From NCBI RefSeq assembly GCF_009914755.1, contig NC_060928.1: a DNA stretch of 64,000 bases; one strand, written 5' to 3'. This DNA comes from the human T2T-CHM13v2.0 reference genome, Homo sapiens. Below are positions 25,363-39,259 of the stretch, one piece after another; the first letter of the stretch is position 1; every line of letters starts with the position of its first letter. The notes beneath the pieces are model-generated. The model ran no database searches and had not been told where the DNA came from. It saw only the letters and a program-made list of their open reading frames with translations. The translations under genes and the position numbers were made by a program.

Positions 25363-26027
25363 TTAAGCAGAATTTTAATCACTTAAATAAAATAGTTCCA
25401 TTATAATTTTTAGTTGAGTCTATATTATCACTATTTTTTTTGGTTTGAATATGAGGAATTAAGTGCACTTAAATGAATTTACTATTTTGTATTATTTTTC
25501 TGTTTTCTTTTTATAAATTGTCCCAATAAATTTATATATACTCAAACTAAATTCTTGCACCTATAGATTGTTTCTACTGAAAACACAATTCTTTTCAGGA
25601 AGCCTTCATTAGGTTGATTTTCTTCTTTCTAAGCTCTGTGCCCAAAAGTCAAATTTGCTTGACCAGTGTTTCTGCAGAGCCTATTCCATGCTAATCATTT
25701 GATTGGATGCTGCGACATATTTACTTTACTTAATAATATATAATAGATAGATTTTTCCTTAAACAACATATTTGTTTAAGTAACTAAGATTATTAAATAA
25801 AAATTTATTTTGTTTGTTATGGTAACATTTCTAGAAACCCAACTTTAAAAAATAAATTTAATTAAAATGAAATAATTCGTAAGACAATCTTAGTGTATAA
25901 TTTAACGTCACTGAGTTTCCAAAAATGTCCCTTTATTATGATCTTTCATTTCTAAGTTACTTATAGAAAGAAAACAGAAAAAAAACGCATAACTTTTTAC
26001 TTTGCCTTCATTTTCCTGAAGAACTTT

Positions 26028-26692
26028 TGAAACTGCTTTTGCAAAATTATGACTGAGACAGTGAAAGAGATCTAACCTAACTGACTCCACCTTGCTGCTA
26101 ACCTCCAAGCTATTCTTCTTCATTCCCAGGTGTAGGACGAAATAACTTTGGGAGGAACCGAGTTTATAGTTTAAAACAAAGACGATAACAGCCCTTTCCC
26201 AAAACAAACCTCCTTCTTTCCTGGAAACTAGACTGCCTTTGTAGGACTAACAAATTGACCACATGGTTAGAAATTATAGTTTAGGAGTCATGCAGCCGAG
26301 GCTAGAAGATTCTGACCCTCCCTAAACTGCTCCTAAGATCAGTGCTTGAGATATTTTGCAGACCCTGCACTTGATGGATCGGCTGGTATCACCCAAACTG
26401 ATACACTCACTGGCCCATCTCATTTTGTGGCCTCCACTCAGGAACTAACTCAGCACAAGAGGACAGCTTCAATTTACTGTGATGTCATCTCCTACCTGAC
26501 CTATCAGCACCCCTGGCTCACTGGCTTTTCCTCACCCATTAAGTTGTCCTTAAAAACTCTGAATGCTCTGGGAGGCTGATTTGAGTGGTAATAAAATTCT
26601 GGTCTCCTGCACAGCCTCCTCTGCATGAATTACCCTTTCTCTATTGCAAGTCTGTCTAAGCAGCGGGCAAGGTGAACCACTGAGTAGTTAAA
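26028..26692 (+). mobile_element. LTR8-type solo LTR (ERV1)
   Basis: tgaaactgcttttgcaaaattatgactgagacagtgaaagagatctaac...gggcaaggtgaacc, with 4-bp TSD cttt. Confidence 0.85.
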
Positions 26693-26892
26693 CTTTTGAG
26701 CCAGAGATAGTTGATTCATTAGTTTATTGAATCCTATCTATTGAATAACTTGAAAAGCTCAGTAATTAATAATTATTACAATTAAATTATTATTATCAGA
26801 ATAAATGTTTTGAACTTGAAGAACATTAATTATCCAAAATGCTTAGAAGAATGCCAGACACATAGGAAGTAGTCACTTTAATTTAGTTACCC

Positions 26893-26921
26893 AGTAGTAG
26901 TAGTAGTAGTGGTAGTAGTAG
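26893..26921. repeat. (GTA)n microsatellite
   Basis: agtagtagtagtagtagtggtagtagtag. Confidence 0.85.
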
Positions 26922-26959
26922 TCATCGCCGTCGTATTTATTTCATAGCATTGGAACCAT

Positions 26960-27330
26960 AGTAAGTTACGTTTCTTGGATTGTATCAAGGATTTATTAAG
27001 AAAATGCATGCCAGAGAGAAACCTCTATGGGAGTGGGGACAGCATAATAGGAAAGGGTAAGAAATTAAGCAAGAATGTGAGTTCAGGTAAGGTCTAGACT
27101 CAGCCTTAACCCATAAAAGCTCTGGATCATAGACTGAACTGTGGAGTTTATTCTGATTTATTACTTCTTCCAAGAGAGCTGAGTTTTCATTTCCTAAGCT
27201 TGTTACCTATTGGTTATTGATTACCCAACAGAAAGAAGACAGAAGATAAGTTACAGGTGGCTCATGGTATGTGGCTTGATTCATTTAAAAGCAATTTTTC
27301 TAAAAAGGTGTATGCTCTTAATAGCAACAC
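26960..27330 (-). mobile_element. Old ERVL LTR (LTR33/LTR16-like)
   Basis: atttattaagaaaatgc..agagaaacc..gggagtgggg..caagaatgtgagttcagg..ctcagcctt..gctctgga resembles this family. Confidence 0.5.
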
Positions 27331-29819
27331 CCAAACCCATTGGGGGTTGAATTTCCATTACTGGCGAATGGATTCTAGGAGAGCTGGGTTAGTCATGAAG
27401 AAAGTCAGCTATGGGAACTTTTTACTTCTCTTTCCCACAAGTCTCTGATGAACTCAATATAGGTCTTTGTCCTCTTACTTCATTTTAATTTAGTATGCCA
27501 TTAATTAACAGTGACAGATATATTCTATTTTATTTATACATTGAATTGAAAAGAATAACAGCAAAACATAAATGCCTTCAACAATTAAAGAGACAAATAA
27601 ATAAAAATAAGATATTTTGTTCAAAAGCTTAAGGGAAGGAACTTATGAGGTTCAAAAGCATATGGTCTTCTTAAAATATGTGAGGTCTCTGGAATATTTT
27701 ATAGATATGTGCTTTTACATATGCATGCATATTTTTTGAAACATATAATTACATTCTAAAAATATTCTATAACATAAAACATTGGAGAATCCCTGATGTA
27801 CAGTTGAAAACCGTTGTGACTATATTAGCTTGGCACTACCATGGTGAAGTCCTGTCCCCTCCACTTTGCTTAATTGTAATTAATATTTATCTGTAAGAGT
27901 AAGGGGATATTATTGAACTAATTACCAAACGACTGGATTGGAAGACTTTCAGCACCTCATTTTAACCCTTTGTTCCTAATGTTATTATCAAATAGTGCTA
28001 CAATAGTTCAGAATTTAAAATATAATTTGCCCCCTGGCTTAATGCCATTTTAAAAATGACTTTAGTATTTTTGTGTGTGTAGGGATCTTATTATCTTTTG
28101 GCTGGCCAGATAAGCATAATGTATTAGACTATAAAAGCTTAGAGGAAACCACCATTATTTAAATTTTTCTTTAATTAATTTCTAAAATCATTAGTAATTT
28201 CTAATTGTTATTAACTTATTTGTAATATTAAAGATGTTTTTCCAGTTTAAGAGACAGATAGAGGTTAATAGTAAGTTATTTAACATCTCTGTATGTTTCT
28301 TCCTCTATAAAATGGTAATAACAAAAATAATTATTCTAAAAGTCTTCTTGTGAAGTTTAAAATAGTTAACTCTAAGTTGCTTTAAATATTCAAGAATTAT
28401 TAGCTAGCATTTATCATATAACGTCTCAATGCTATTCTGATGATCTTATTTAAAGAAAAATAATTTAATAAAAATAGAGCAGAGTGAAGATGGAAATTAT
28501 CTAAACCCAAATTTTTAATTTATAGACTTGCTTACAAAAACCTTGGAGTAGGAGGGGGCTATCATCAGCGTGGGATTCTGCATTTATCTACTCAAAGTGC
28601 AGCATGTCTCCCTGAAAGATGCTTATTAGCATCATCGTCCATATTTGATTATCAGCAATCACAATTAACAGTCTTCTAAATAATAGCATGAAACACTGGA
28701 GCTGTCCATCAATACTGACAATAGAATTCCTTGTAAATACTGATATTAGAGTTGAATAATTATAAAAGTTCATGGTCACCTTCCAACAATTAGAGTTAAA
28801 TATTCTGAAAATTAAACAATTGTATTATTCAAATGATATCTAAATTATTTGATGGTAGTTGTATTTGTCCTTTATTAAAGGCAATCAAATGCTTTTCTGA
28901 TGTAATTTAGACTTAACCTGGGTTCACTTAGAACTATTAGAATACTGCCAAAAAAAAAAAAAAAGAAAAATAAGCAAGAAAATTTGCTTACAGTAAAACA
29001 AAGAAACCATATTCTTTAGGTTTAATAAAAACTAAAAAGGTGATTGTTTCCATGGTAATATAGACTTTATGGCCCCAGGGTTGCTTTGGACAAAGACTGT
29101 AGAATCAGTGATGATTACCCTATTTCTATTTCTATTAAACAAGATGAGTTGAAAAAATACACATTGTTCTCGATTACTGCTGCAAGTATAATGTAATTAA
29201 AATATATAAATCTAATTATAGAGCAGAATTTCAGTGTCTTTATAATTGCATTTGTTTTAATATTGCTCTTTCTGATAAAATTACAAGAACGTTTATTTAG
29301 CTGGAGTTTCAAAAGAGGAAAAATAAGGCCATTTTTCCAAATATTTGATTACATTTTTCTGAATTTTACTTCTCATGACAGTAAATGGTTTTACTCTGAC
29401 ATTTCTTTTTTATTAGCTATTGACCTATATTAATTTGCAGCCCTCTGTGCTTCCTTTTTTTTTTTTTTTAATTTAGGAGATTGTTTTCTGGACAGTAATC
29501 TTAAGCTCCTTTGTAAAACATTATACTTGACACTTCCTTGCTATTTTCCTTTTGTACTAATCTTAGAACATGCTGGTTCTTTCCTTAATTCTTGAAGAGG
29601 GCCACCCAAATGAGAAAAATTATTTGGAAAACAACTTTTTCCTTAAGAATTAGTTTCATTGGCATATCAGTATCAAGACAGATTTATCGAACCTATTTCC
29701 TCCTGGAGTGCTGGATGGCACTAGTCCTAAGGGCACCATTCACTTTCTATTCTGGGATTGTGCTCTGGGAATGCATTCACATAGAATACAATGAAAATAA
29801 TGCTCTCTGAAGTTGTGCA

Positions 29820-30180
29820 TGCCAATGAAAATAGTCAAATTCTGTAAAATATTTGAAAAGATTTATGTTGAGCCAAGTAGGAGTGACAAATGGCCGGTAA
29901 CCCAGCCCCAGGAGATTCTAAGGACATGTGTCCAAAGTGGTTGGGCTACAGCTTGATTTTATACATTTTAGAGAGATGTAAGGCATCACTCAACATATGT
30001 AAGAAGTATAACCATTTATTCCAGAAAGGTGAGATAACTTGAAGGGGGCAGATAGGCTGCCTGGTCATAGGTAGAGTTAAAGATTTTTCTACTGGCAAAC
30101 AGTTGAATGAATTTGTTTAAAGACCTGGAATCAAGGGAGAAGGGAGAAGTCTGGGTTAAGATAAGGGGTAATGGAGACCA
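29820..30180 (-). mobile_element. MER4-family LTR, truncated and fused to HERV-L internal sequence
   Basis: tgccaatgaaaatagtcaaattctgtaaaatatttgaa...tgggctacagcttgattttatacattttag; ends abruptly at ggagacca. Confidence 0.8.
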
Positions 30181-33100
30181 GATATGTCACATCACATGAT
30201 AAAGAAAAAAGAAAAGAAAATGAAGACATTTTCTTAATACAAGTGTATACATGCACAAACATGTTTTTAACAAAAGAAGGAGTAAATACTCACGACAATT
30301 CAGTCCTTGTTTCTGCAGCTGGTCGTGTGGTCATAGCTGGTATTGATGACTATCTTCTTATACTGCCCATTCTGTAGTCCATTTGCCTTCAGCAAGCACC
30401 TCAGCAGGTTGTGGTTTGTTTCCTGGTGGAGTGACTCAAACTTTCATTTCTGAAGGGTCTGGGTCATTTGTAGTCCTGCCTGGATTGGGCTGTTGTAGTT
30501 TCTCATTGACCTTAATCAAAGGGCATGATAATACTAAGTGACGTCCTAATGGATCTCCTGTGTTCCATGCATACTCTTCCTTACCTCCATTGTGGAATAG
30601 TAGACTGATTTCGTCTTGATACTCTGGGTCAATCACCCCAGCCAAAACTGTAACTCCCTTCTTAGCCTGTTGACTTAAAAGTAGGAGCCCAAAGGGTCCA
30701 GGTAGCAATCTTAACTTCCAGTTTAATGCAATTGTTGTTGTGTCTCCTGGTGGCAGCATTCCTCCCTCTGGAACTAAGACCTCTAGGCCAGCAGAAGGTA
30801 ATGTCGTGGCAACAGGAAGCAAAAATGTTGCTATTGGATCACTAGGGGTGATGGTGAGTGGTGCCATTTCCACTTCCACTTCCACCCCTTAATTCCTGGA
30901 CCCATGAATCCTGGCTATGGGAGAAACAGTACCATATATTGGATGCTGATTCAGAGCATACACGGCCTTCTGGAGAACTTTGCCTTAGACCTACAAATTA
31001 TTGTCATCTAGTTAGCATGGTAATTTTGACTTCAAAAGGCCATTCTACCATTCTATCAATCCAGCTGCTTCAGGATGATGAAGAACATGGTAAGACCAGT
31101 GAATTCCATGAGCATGAGACCACTGCCACACTTCTTTAGCTGTAAAGTGAGTGCCTTGATGTCCTGACCACTGGGAAGATTTCTTCCCACTGTCCTTCAG
31201 GGATGTCCTAGAAATGGGCTATAGTGCTGCAGATGTCCAATTTCGGGTGGTGCCTGCATATCATGCACAACCATCTGGGAACCAGGCTGTAGTCTTCTCT
31301 TCCTCTGTCAACTGATCATAGCAAACTCTCCATGAGGCCATTGGTGCAGGCTGGGGGAGAGAAGGCAGGATGGCAGGAGTGGAGACCATGGGGATTTGAG
31401 CCACTTCCTCACGTAACTTACTTGTGCCTTCACGACCTTCTCAATTCCTATCTCATATATACCACTTACATTTGATGATGGAATGCTGTTGTGCATGACT
31501 CACTTTATGGCTAGATAGGTCAGAAAGCACCCAGCTCTTGATAGGATATTCACGTCACATGGTGACATAATGACCCATAGTCAAACATTCAGTTTCCACC
31601 AAAGCCCAATAACAGGCCAAGAGCTGTCTCTCAAAAAGAGAGTAGTTATCTACAGAAGATTACAGGGCCTTGCTCCAAAATCCTGGAGGCCTCCACTGTG
31701 ATTCACCTATGGGGACCACCAAAGCCTCCAAACAATATCCCTATCTGCCACTTACACCTCAAGCACCATCGGATCTTCTGGGTCATATGGCCCAAGTGGC
31801 AGAGCAGCTTGCATAGCAACCTGGACCTATTGCAGAACCTTCTCCTGTTCTGGATCCCACTCAAAACTGGTGGCCTTTTGGGTCACTCGATAAATGGGCC
31901 AGAGTAACACACCCAAATGAGGAATGTGTTGCCTCAAAAATCCAAATAGGATCTCTAGGCATTGTGCCTCTTTCTTGGTTGTAGGAGGGGCCAAATGCAG
32001 CAACTTATCCTTCACCTTAGAAGGAATATCTGGACAGACTCCATACCACTGGATCCCTAGAAATTTTACTGAGGTAAAAGTTCCCCGAATTTTAGGTGAT
32101 TTTCCATCCCCTGGCATGCAAATGTCTCACCAATAAGTCCAGTATGTTTGCTATTTCTTGCTCATTGGAGCCAATAAGCATAATGTCATCAATGTAATGG
32201 ACCAGTGTGATATCTTGAGGAAGGAAAAAGTGATCAAGATCTCTTTGATTAAGATTGTGACTCAAAGCTGGAGAGTTGATATACCCCCAAGGGAGGATGG
32301 TAAACGTACATTGCTGGTCTTGCTAGCGGAAGATAAATTGCTTCTGGTGGTCCTTATGGACAGGGATGGAGAACAAGGCATTTACCAAGTTAATGGCTGC
32401 ATACCAGGTACCAGGAGATGTTTAATTTGCCCAGGCAATGAAATAGCCTGAATAGCCTATCTGGTACAGCAGCTGCAATTGGAATCACCAGTTGTTTAAG
32501 CTTATGATAATCCATGGTCATTCTCCAAGATCCATTTGTCTTCTGCACAGGCCAAATGGAAGAGTTTAATGGGGATGTGGTGGGAATCAGCACCCATGCA
32601 TCTTTAAAGTCCTTGATGATGGCATTAATCTCTGCAATCCCTCCAGGGATGCAATATTGTTTTTGATTTACTGTTTTTCTAGGTACAGGCAGCTCTAATG
32701 GCTTTTATTTGTCCTTTCCAACTATAGTAGCCCTCACCCTACCAATCAGGGAGCCAATGTGGGGGTTCTGCCAGCTGCTAAGTATGTCTGTGCCAATTAT
32801 GCATTCTGGCACTGGGGAAATTACTATGGGATGAGTCTGGGGACCCACTGGACTCACTGTAAGTTGGACCTGAGCTAAAACTCAATTAATTAACTGACCT
32901 CCATAAGCTCCTACTTTAACTGGAGAACCACAATGACGTTCTGGGTCCCCTGGAATCAATGTTAGCTCAGAGCCAGTGTCCAGTATTCCCCAAAGTGTCT
33001 GATCATTTCCCTGTCCCCAGTGCACAGTTAACTTGCTAAAAGGCCAGAGATCTTCTTAGGGAAGGATGGTAGGAAGATTAACAGCATAAATTGTCGGTAA

Positions 33101-34927
33101 TGCAATGAGATCCTTCCTCAAGGGGACCCTGCCTTCCCTCCATTCAAGGGGTGCTGGGTCTATAAACTGGCTCAAGTCTGGAAATTGATTGAGGGGCTGT
33201 GATTCTGTTTTTATATTTCAAACTAGTCTTTTGTGCATTCAACCTAGAAGTTTTCTGCTTATATAAATTAAGTAGTAATGCAGTAGGCTTCCTATCAATT
33301 TCACTTCTAGGAACACCATGACTAATTAGCCAATGCCAGAGGTCTACACAAGTCAGACTATTCAGATTGCTGCTTTGCCTCTGCTGTCCATTACGGTAGC
33401 TATGCCCACCTTGCCTTTGTCAGTTGAGTGCCGCCACTTGACCTCTACCACCTTGGGATCTAATTCTTCCCATTGTATTTAAATTTTGTAGCTGAGTGAC
33501 TGTGGTTTCCACTATTAGATCTGACACACAGAGAAGAGCAATTACAGGGTTCTTCAAAGATGCAGGTGCTGCTCTCACAAATCTATTTTGCAAGGCATTG
33601 GTCAAGGGTATATTTTCTGGACCCTCCCAGCTGGGATGAGTATATTTAAAGTGACTAATCCATTCCATCATCTCAATCTCCCTAAGCCTTTGGATCACTT
33701 CCTCTACCTTAAACCAAGGGAATCAGGCATTCCCAGCTCACTCACACTGGGCCATCTTTTAATCCAAATTTTAGCTAACCAAACAAATAAACTATTAGAA
33801 CCATTTTTTACTCCTTGAGCTGCAACATTAAACACAGAGTTCCTACTTAGTGGGCCTAAATCAATAAATTCAGCCTGATTCAACTCTATGTTCCTTCCAC
33901 CATTATCCCATACCCTTAATATCTATTTCCGTGCCTGTTCTTCAGATTTCTGTTCACACAAATTAGAAAACTCAAGCAGTTCTTTATGAGTGTAGTGTGC
34001 CTTCTCATGGGTTATGCTCTCAACCTGACTTCTGGGGGCCCGCCGGAACTTTAGTCAAATTATAGGTCTAGAAGCAAACAGGAGAGTTGGGGGTGGCTCC
34101 TTAGGAGAATCAATATTATTGTGCCTGGCAACTGCCTCAGGGGAGGCCATCACAGTTGCCTCAGGCAGCCCAGGGTTTATTTCTTCAGACAAATGTGGAA
34201 AGGCTGATGGCAGCATGGGTTGGAGAGGGGATGTTGCCAATACTGGGGATGAGGAAGCTGTTTCTTCTGGCAAAAAAAAGGTTTCATCAGAGTTTACAAA
34301 CTCAGTGTCCCCAGCTTCATCAGGGTCCTCCCACACATCCCCATTTCAAGTTGCAGGGACCTATTGTTTTCCAATCAATGCCCCCACTTTAACAGTAGAC
34401 ACCTGGCGAGGCTCTGCATGCACCTTTTTTGCAGGTCAGACACTCATATGATAAGAGCTTGTGTCTGTTTATCCATAATTTCAGCTCTTTCTCGAGAGAA
34501 GACAAGACTGTCAATCAGGGCAATCTTAGCAGATTTGAGGCTCAGTATCTGCTTCTGAAGCCAGAAGACAGAATCTCTGAGTTCATCATTTTCTTTCATT
34601 ACTTTGTCCACTGAACTTAGGAGCAACCAACCAGCCTTATTATGTTCCTTGATTCTCCATATATGGTCAAAGGTATTATGTATAGGGTCACTAAACTCCT
34701 TACCTCTCAAAAGTGGTGAATGAGGAGTGTAAAATGCATTTATTTTGCATAATTGTCTAAAGAGTTCATGCCAAAGACTATCAGTGTTCTCCATACTATT
34801 AGAAGTAGAGTCCTTAGCAGTTTTGGGTCAATCATATTAAGCAGCCAACTCCAGAAACCCCAAAACCAATAAAAGAACTCCATCCTTAATATTTGGTTTC
34901 CCCAGAACCACTTCTGGTACCAATATC
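30181..34927 (-). mobile_element. HERV-L internal region (decayed gag, pro, RT, partial RNase H/IN, dUTPase)
   Basis: Minus-strand peptides: NSSIWPVQKTNGSWRMTMDYHKL and VKFLGIQW (RT), QGTHFTAKEV (IN), AGVIDPEYQDEI (dUTPase), ENDELRDS and NALQNRFVRAAPASLK (ERVL gag). Leu-type PBS tggtaccagaagtggttc next to the LTR. Confidence 0.95.
30436..30885 (-). pseudogene. HERV-L dUTPase-like remnant ORF
   Basis: SAGLEVLVP..PPGDTTTI..KLRLLPGPFGLL..GVTVLAGVIDPEYQDEISL resembles the dUTPase motifs. No ATG start. Confidence 0.75.
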
Positions 34928-35370
34928 TGTATTAGTCAGGGTTCTCTAGAGGGACAGAACTAATAGGGGAGATATATATATACAAAGGGGAGTTTCTTAA
35001 GTATTAACTCACACAATCACAAGGACCCACAATAGGCCTTCAGCAAGCTGAGGAGGAGGGAGAGCCAGTCCAGGTCCCTAAACTGAAGAACTTGGAGTCC
35101 GATATTCGAGGGCAGCAAGCATCCAGCATGGGAGAAAGATGTAGGCTGGGAGGCTAGGCCAATCTTTTCATGCTTTTCTGCCTGCTTTATATTCTTGCCA
35201 TGCTGGCAGCTGATTTGATGGTGCCCACCCAGATTAAGGGTGGGTCTGCCTTTTGCAGCCCACTGACTCAAATGTTCATCTCCTTTGTCAACACCCTCAC
35301 AGACATTCCCGGGATCAATACCTTGCATCCTTCTATCCAATCAAGTTGACACTCGGTATTTACCATCACA
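34928..35370 (-). mobile_element. MLT2A 5' LTR of the HERV-L
   Basis: tgtattagtcagggttctctagagggacagaactaatagg...caatcaagttgacactcggtatttaccatcaca. Confidence 0.92.
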
Positions 35371-36489
35371 AACAATAATCTTAAATTTTGTTACAGTACA
35401 CACACAGCATCAAGTAGAGAACTGGACACAATCTTTTCAGTATAATAAGGGAAGAACCTCTCTTACCAAAAGATATAATACTTCTAGCAACACCATGTGG
35501 ATACAGAACAAATCTTGCCTGGTGATTGGCAGACCTCTCAGTGATGGCCAGTAGGTACCCAAAATAGAGCAAGAGTCTGAAATGCTCATCTTCTAGATGC
35601 CAAGAAGATAGCTAAAATGTCCCTTGTAAAGAACCTGGGAAAGTGGAGATGAAGGGGAAAACTTGACATGGCAGAAGGAGCCGGGAGGGGGAGTCAGAAC
35701 TTCGAATTGATTGAATATTTGAAATTGAGGCTCTTCTAAAATCAGGGATACTAAGCTACCTTTAAACCTCAGACTTATCTCATAGTAAATGGATATGGCC
35801 ACCCAAGAACAAGAAATATCAGTAACAGATAATAAGACACTTAGGTTCTATCGCACATATAATTTACAGCACACATACAAGTTATGTCTTCCCACATATA
35901 TATTTGTTCACACAAGATGCTACAGTTTCACAGCAGATCTAATCACATACATTAGATACATAGATATTTTTAAACAGATATAACTTGTTCTTGTCACTGA
36001 GAACCAACAATAAAAATCACTATTATTTCTGCCCTTATGAATATTGCACCTTAACGTGGGAGGACAGATATTAATAAGACATTCATGATAATGAATGCAA
36101 AATTAAAAGCAGATAACAACATTTCTTTATAAAAGGAGGGGAGCAAAGAACTATAAAGTTTTAAACAAAAGTGCATGACTTGAAGTTTGAAGGCAAGAGG
36201 ACCTGTGCAGGACAAAGAATATTTCTCTGAAGCAAGCACACGTGACCTGACCTCTGAAAAATGATCTACAGTTAATGAATGTGACTTAAAGGAGAGAAAG
36301 ATCTTATTTCTGTTCTACTCTTTGCTCTCTCACCTATTAGAAAATTTAGACAATCTAGAGAAAAAAAAAGTTTTCTAAATTTCTTTTTAATGTCTTTTAG
36401 GTCTTAAAACTAATTTGCTTGTTTAACATCTTTCTTGATGAATACATGTCTAATGTATACTTGTCTATACATATTAAGTTGAGGAAAGG

Positions 36490-37500
36490 AGGGATTAAAT
36501 AAAAGACAAACTGAAACTTTTGCCTTTCAAAATGCCATGTAAAGAAAATAATAAAGCCAGATACAAACTGAGAAAACAGTATCTGTAATACATAAATCTC
36601 ATAAAAGGCTTGTATCTGAACATAGTTTTTAAAATCCTACAATTTAATGTAGAAAAGACAAATATCCAATTTTAAATAAATTTATTAAATCAATACATCT
36701 TTAAGTAAATGCATTTTTAGAATAATGTATTCAACGAAAGATATACCAAAGACAAACAGCCATTTTAAAAGGCGCTGAAAATCATTAGTTATTAAGGAAA
36801 TGCAGATTAAAACCACAATATCCCTACACACCTATTAGAATGGCTAAAATGAGAGATTGACAATAACAAATGAGAATATAAAGCAACTTGAAATTTTATA
36901 TACTGCAGTTAGTAATACAAAATGGTAGACATTTTGGAAATTAGCATTTTTAAAATAAAGGATAAACATTTACTTACCATACAACCTAGAAAGCCCACAT
37001 TCCATGTATAAGCTTTTATCTGAGAGAAATTAAAGAATATATATATATGTATACTCAAAGCTTTGAAAGTGAATGTTCAAAGCAGTTTTATTTGCAATAG
37101 CTAAAACCAAACAAATGTTCATCAGCAGATAAATGTATAAACAAATTGTGATATATTCATATAATAGAATTACATTCTACAATAAAATGGAACTATCAAA
37201 ACAGAAAACAACAAGAATAAATATCCAAACTATTAAGTTAAATAAACTAGCCACAAAAGACTACATATGGTCTAATTTTATTTGTATATAATTTTAGGAA
37301 AGGTGGAAGTGTAGTACATAAATCAGTGGTTGCTGAGATTTGGCTATGGGGGGAGGCATCAAGTACAAAAGGGCATGAAGAAATTTTGGAAGATCATTGA
37401 AATGTTCCATATGTTGATTGTGGTTGTAGTTAGAAACTGCATAAATTGCTCATAATGCACTAAATTTTACACTCAAAATTGTGGATTTGATTGATTAAAA
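36490..37500 (+). mobile_element. Old L1 (L1M) 3' end
   Basis: ggaaatgcagattaaaaccacaat..cacacctattagaatggctaaaat..aatgttcaaagcagttttatttgcaatagctaaaa, followed by a 3' UTR-like stretch. Confidence 0.8.
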
Positions 37501-37551
37501 ATATATGGCAATGCTTTAATATTTTTAAATATTGAATCCCTAACTAATTAA

Positions 37552-37872
<321 letters not shown>

Positions 37873-38154
37873 TTATCTAAAAATTTTTAAAAAATTTTAG
37901 CTATAAATGAAAAAAGTTCAAATGGATGCATTTGTTTCATGTTATTTAATTATTCTGTACAGAAAGTATTTTAAATATTAGTGTACAGTGCATGTGAACA
38001 GATTTATATGTCATAATTTAATTTAAGAATATTAGTAAATATTAGGAAAAAGTTAATGTGTTTTTAAAAACAATTCTATTTAAATCTCTAAGCCTAGAGA
38101 TTTTTTTCATCACCGTAATGGGTATGAATTTGATTTTTTAAAATACAAAGTCGT

Positions 38155-38449
38155 ATTATTTATTTACTTACTTATTTTTCAGTTTGGTTCTTGCTGTTGT
38201 TGCCCAGCCTGGAATGCAGTCGTATAATCATGACTCACTGCAGGCTTGAACTCCTGGGTTCAAATGAGGCTGCCACCTCAGCCTCCTAGGTAGCTAGAAC
38301 TACAGGGGCATGCCAACATGTCAAGCTACATTTTTATTTTTGTGGACACAGAGTCTCATCCAGACTGATCTCAAATTCCTGGCCTAAAATGATCCTCCGG
38401 CCTTGGCTTCCCAAAGCTTGGGATTACAGGCATGAGCCACTGTGCCCAG
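38155..38449 (-). mobile_element. AluJ (diverged)
   Basis: ataatcatgactcactgcaggcttgaactcctggg...gggattacaggcatgagccactgtgcccag. Confidence 0.85.
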
Positions 38450-38599
38450 TGAGAATTGTATTATTTACATATGGAATTGTTCCTGATTATAGAATTAACA
38501 CACATGTATTGTTAAAATTTGTAAATTGCAGCCATCTTGAAAGACTGAATTTAAAAACATTAAAAAATATTACTTGAGTGAACATTTTTAATATTCCTG

Positions 38600-39250
38600 C
38601 TTCTTTCTTGATTCTATTTTATTTTATTTCTTTACAAATTTGGATGGAGGTTTGTAACCAGCTTTATTGATTAAATCATGATCTTTTCCTACGTTGTTAA
38701 ATATGTTTTACAACATGATTTTTAATAAGAGCTTATTATCATCTAGTAAGAATGTATTTCATCTACATTTATTTATGCAGTGTTCTCTGGTAGGAGACTA
38801 CCAAAAATACATAAAAATAAGTAATGTTAGATTTTAGAAAACCTTTAACCCTGTGATGAATAAAGGTTTGTGACGATTTCCTGAGAGTAAATTTCTAGAA
38901 GTTCTTTATGAGTTGATATATGAAAGTTTTAGATGTTTTGGTAATTAGTAACAGTTTGCCTCCAGAAAGTTTACATCACAATAATGTTTGAAAACACTAA
39001 TTTCACCATATATTCTATATCATTGTTTGTTACTAATTAATTATGCACCAATTTTATAGGTAAAAATGGTATCACATTTGTTTTATTTTATGTGTTAGTT
39101 ACAAAAGATTTTTTTAAATTGTTTCTTGGCCATTTGAATTTCTTATTTTATTAATTTTTCCATTGAATTATTCATCTATGAATCCATGTCTACTGGTATC
39201 CATCTATATCTCAATTTAAAATTGAGTGTGTCCCCATTTTTTTAATGATT
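38600..39250 (-). mobile_element. Old L1M fragment
   Basis: ctgagagtaaatttctagaagt, aaaatggtatcacatttgttttattt and ttggccatttgaatttctt are reverse-strand L1 3' motifs. Confidence 0.55.
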
Positions 39251-39259
39251 TATAGTAAC

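Noticed and set aside
30436-30885. 149-aa open dUTPase-like frame as a functional gene
   Set aside because: No ATG, degraded motifs, and an open stretch of this length is expected by chance in a decayed HERV-L.
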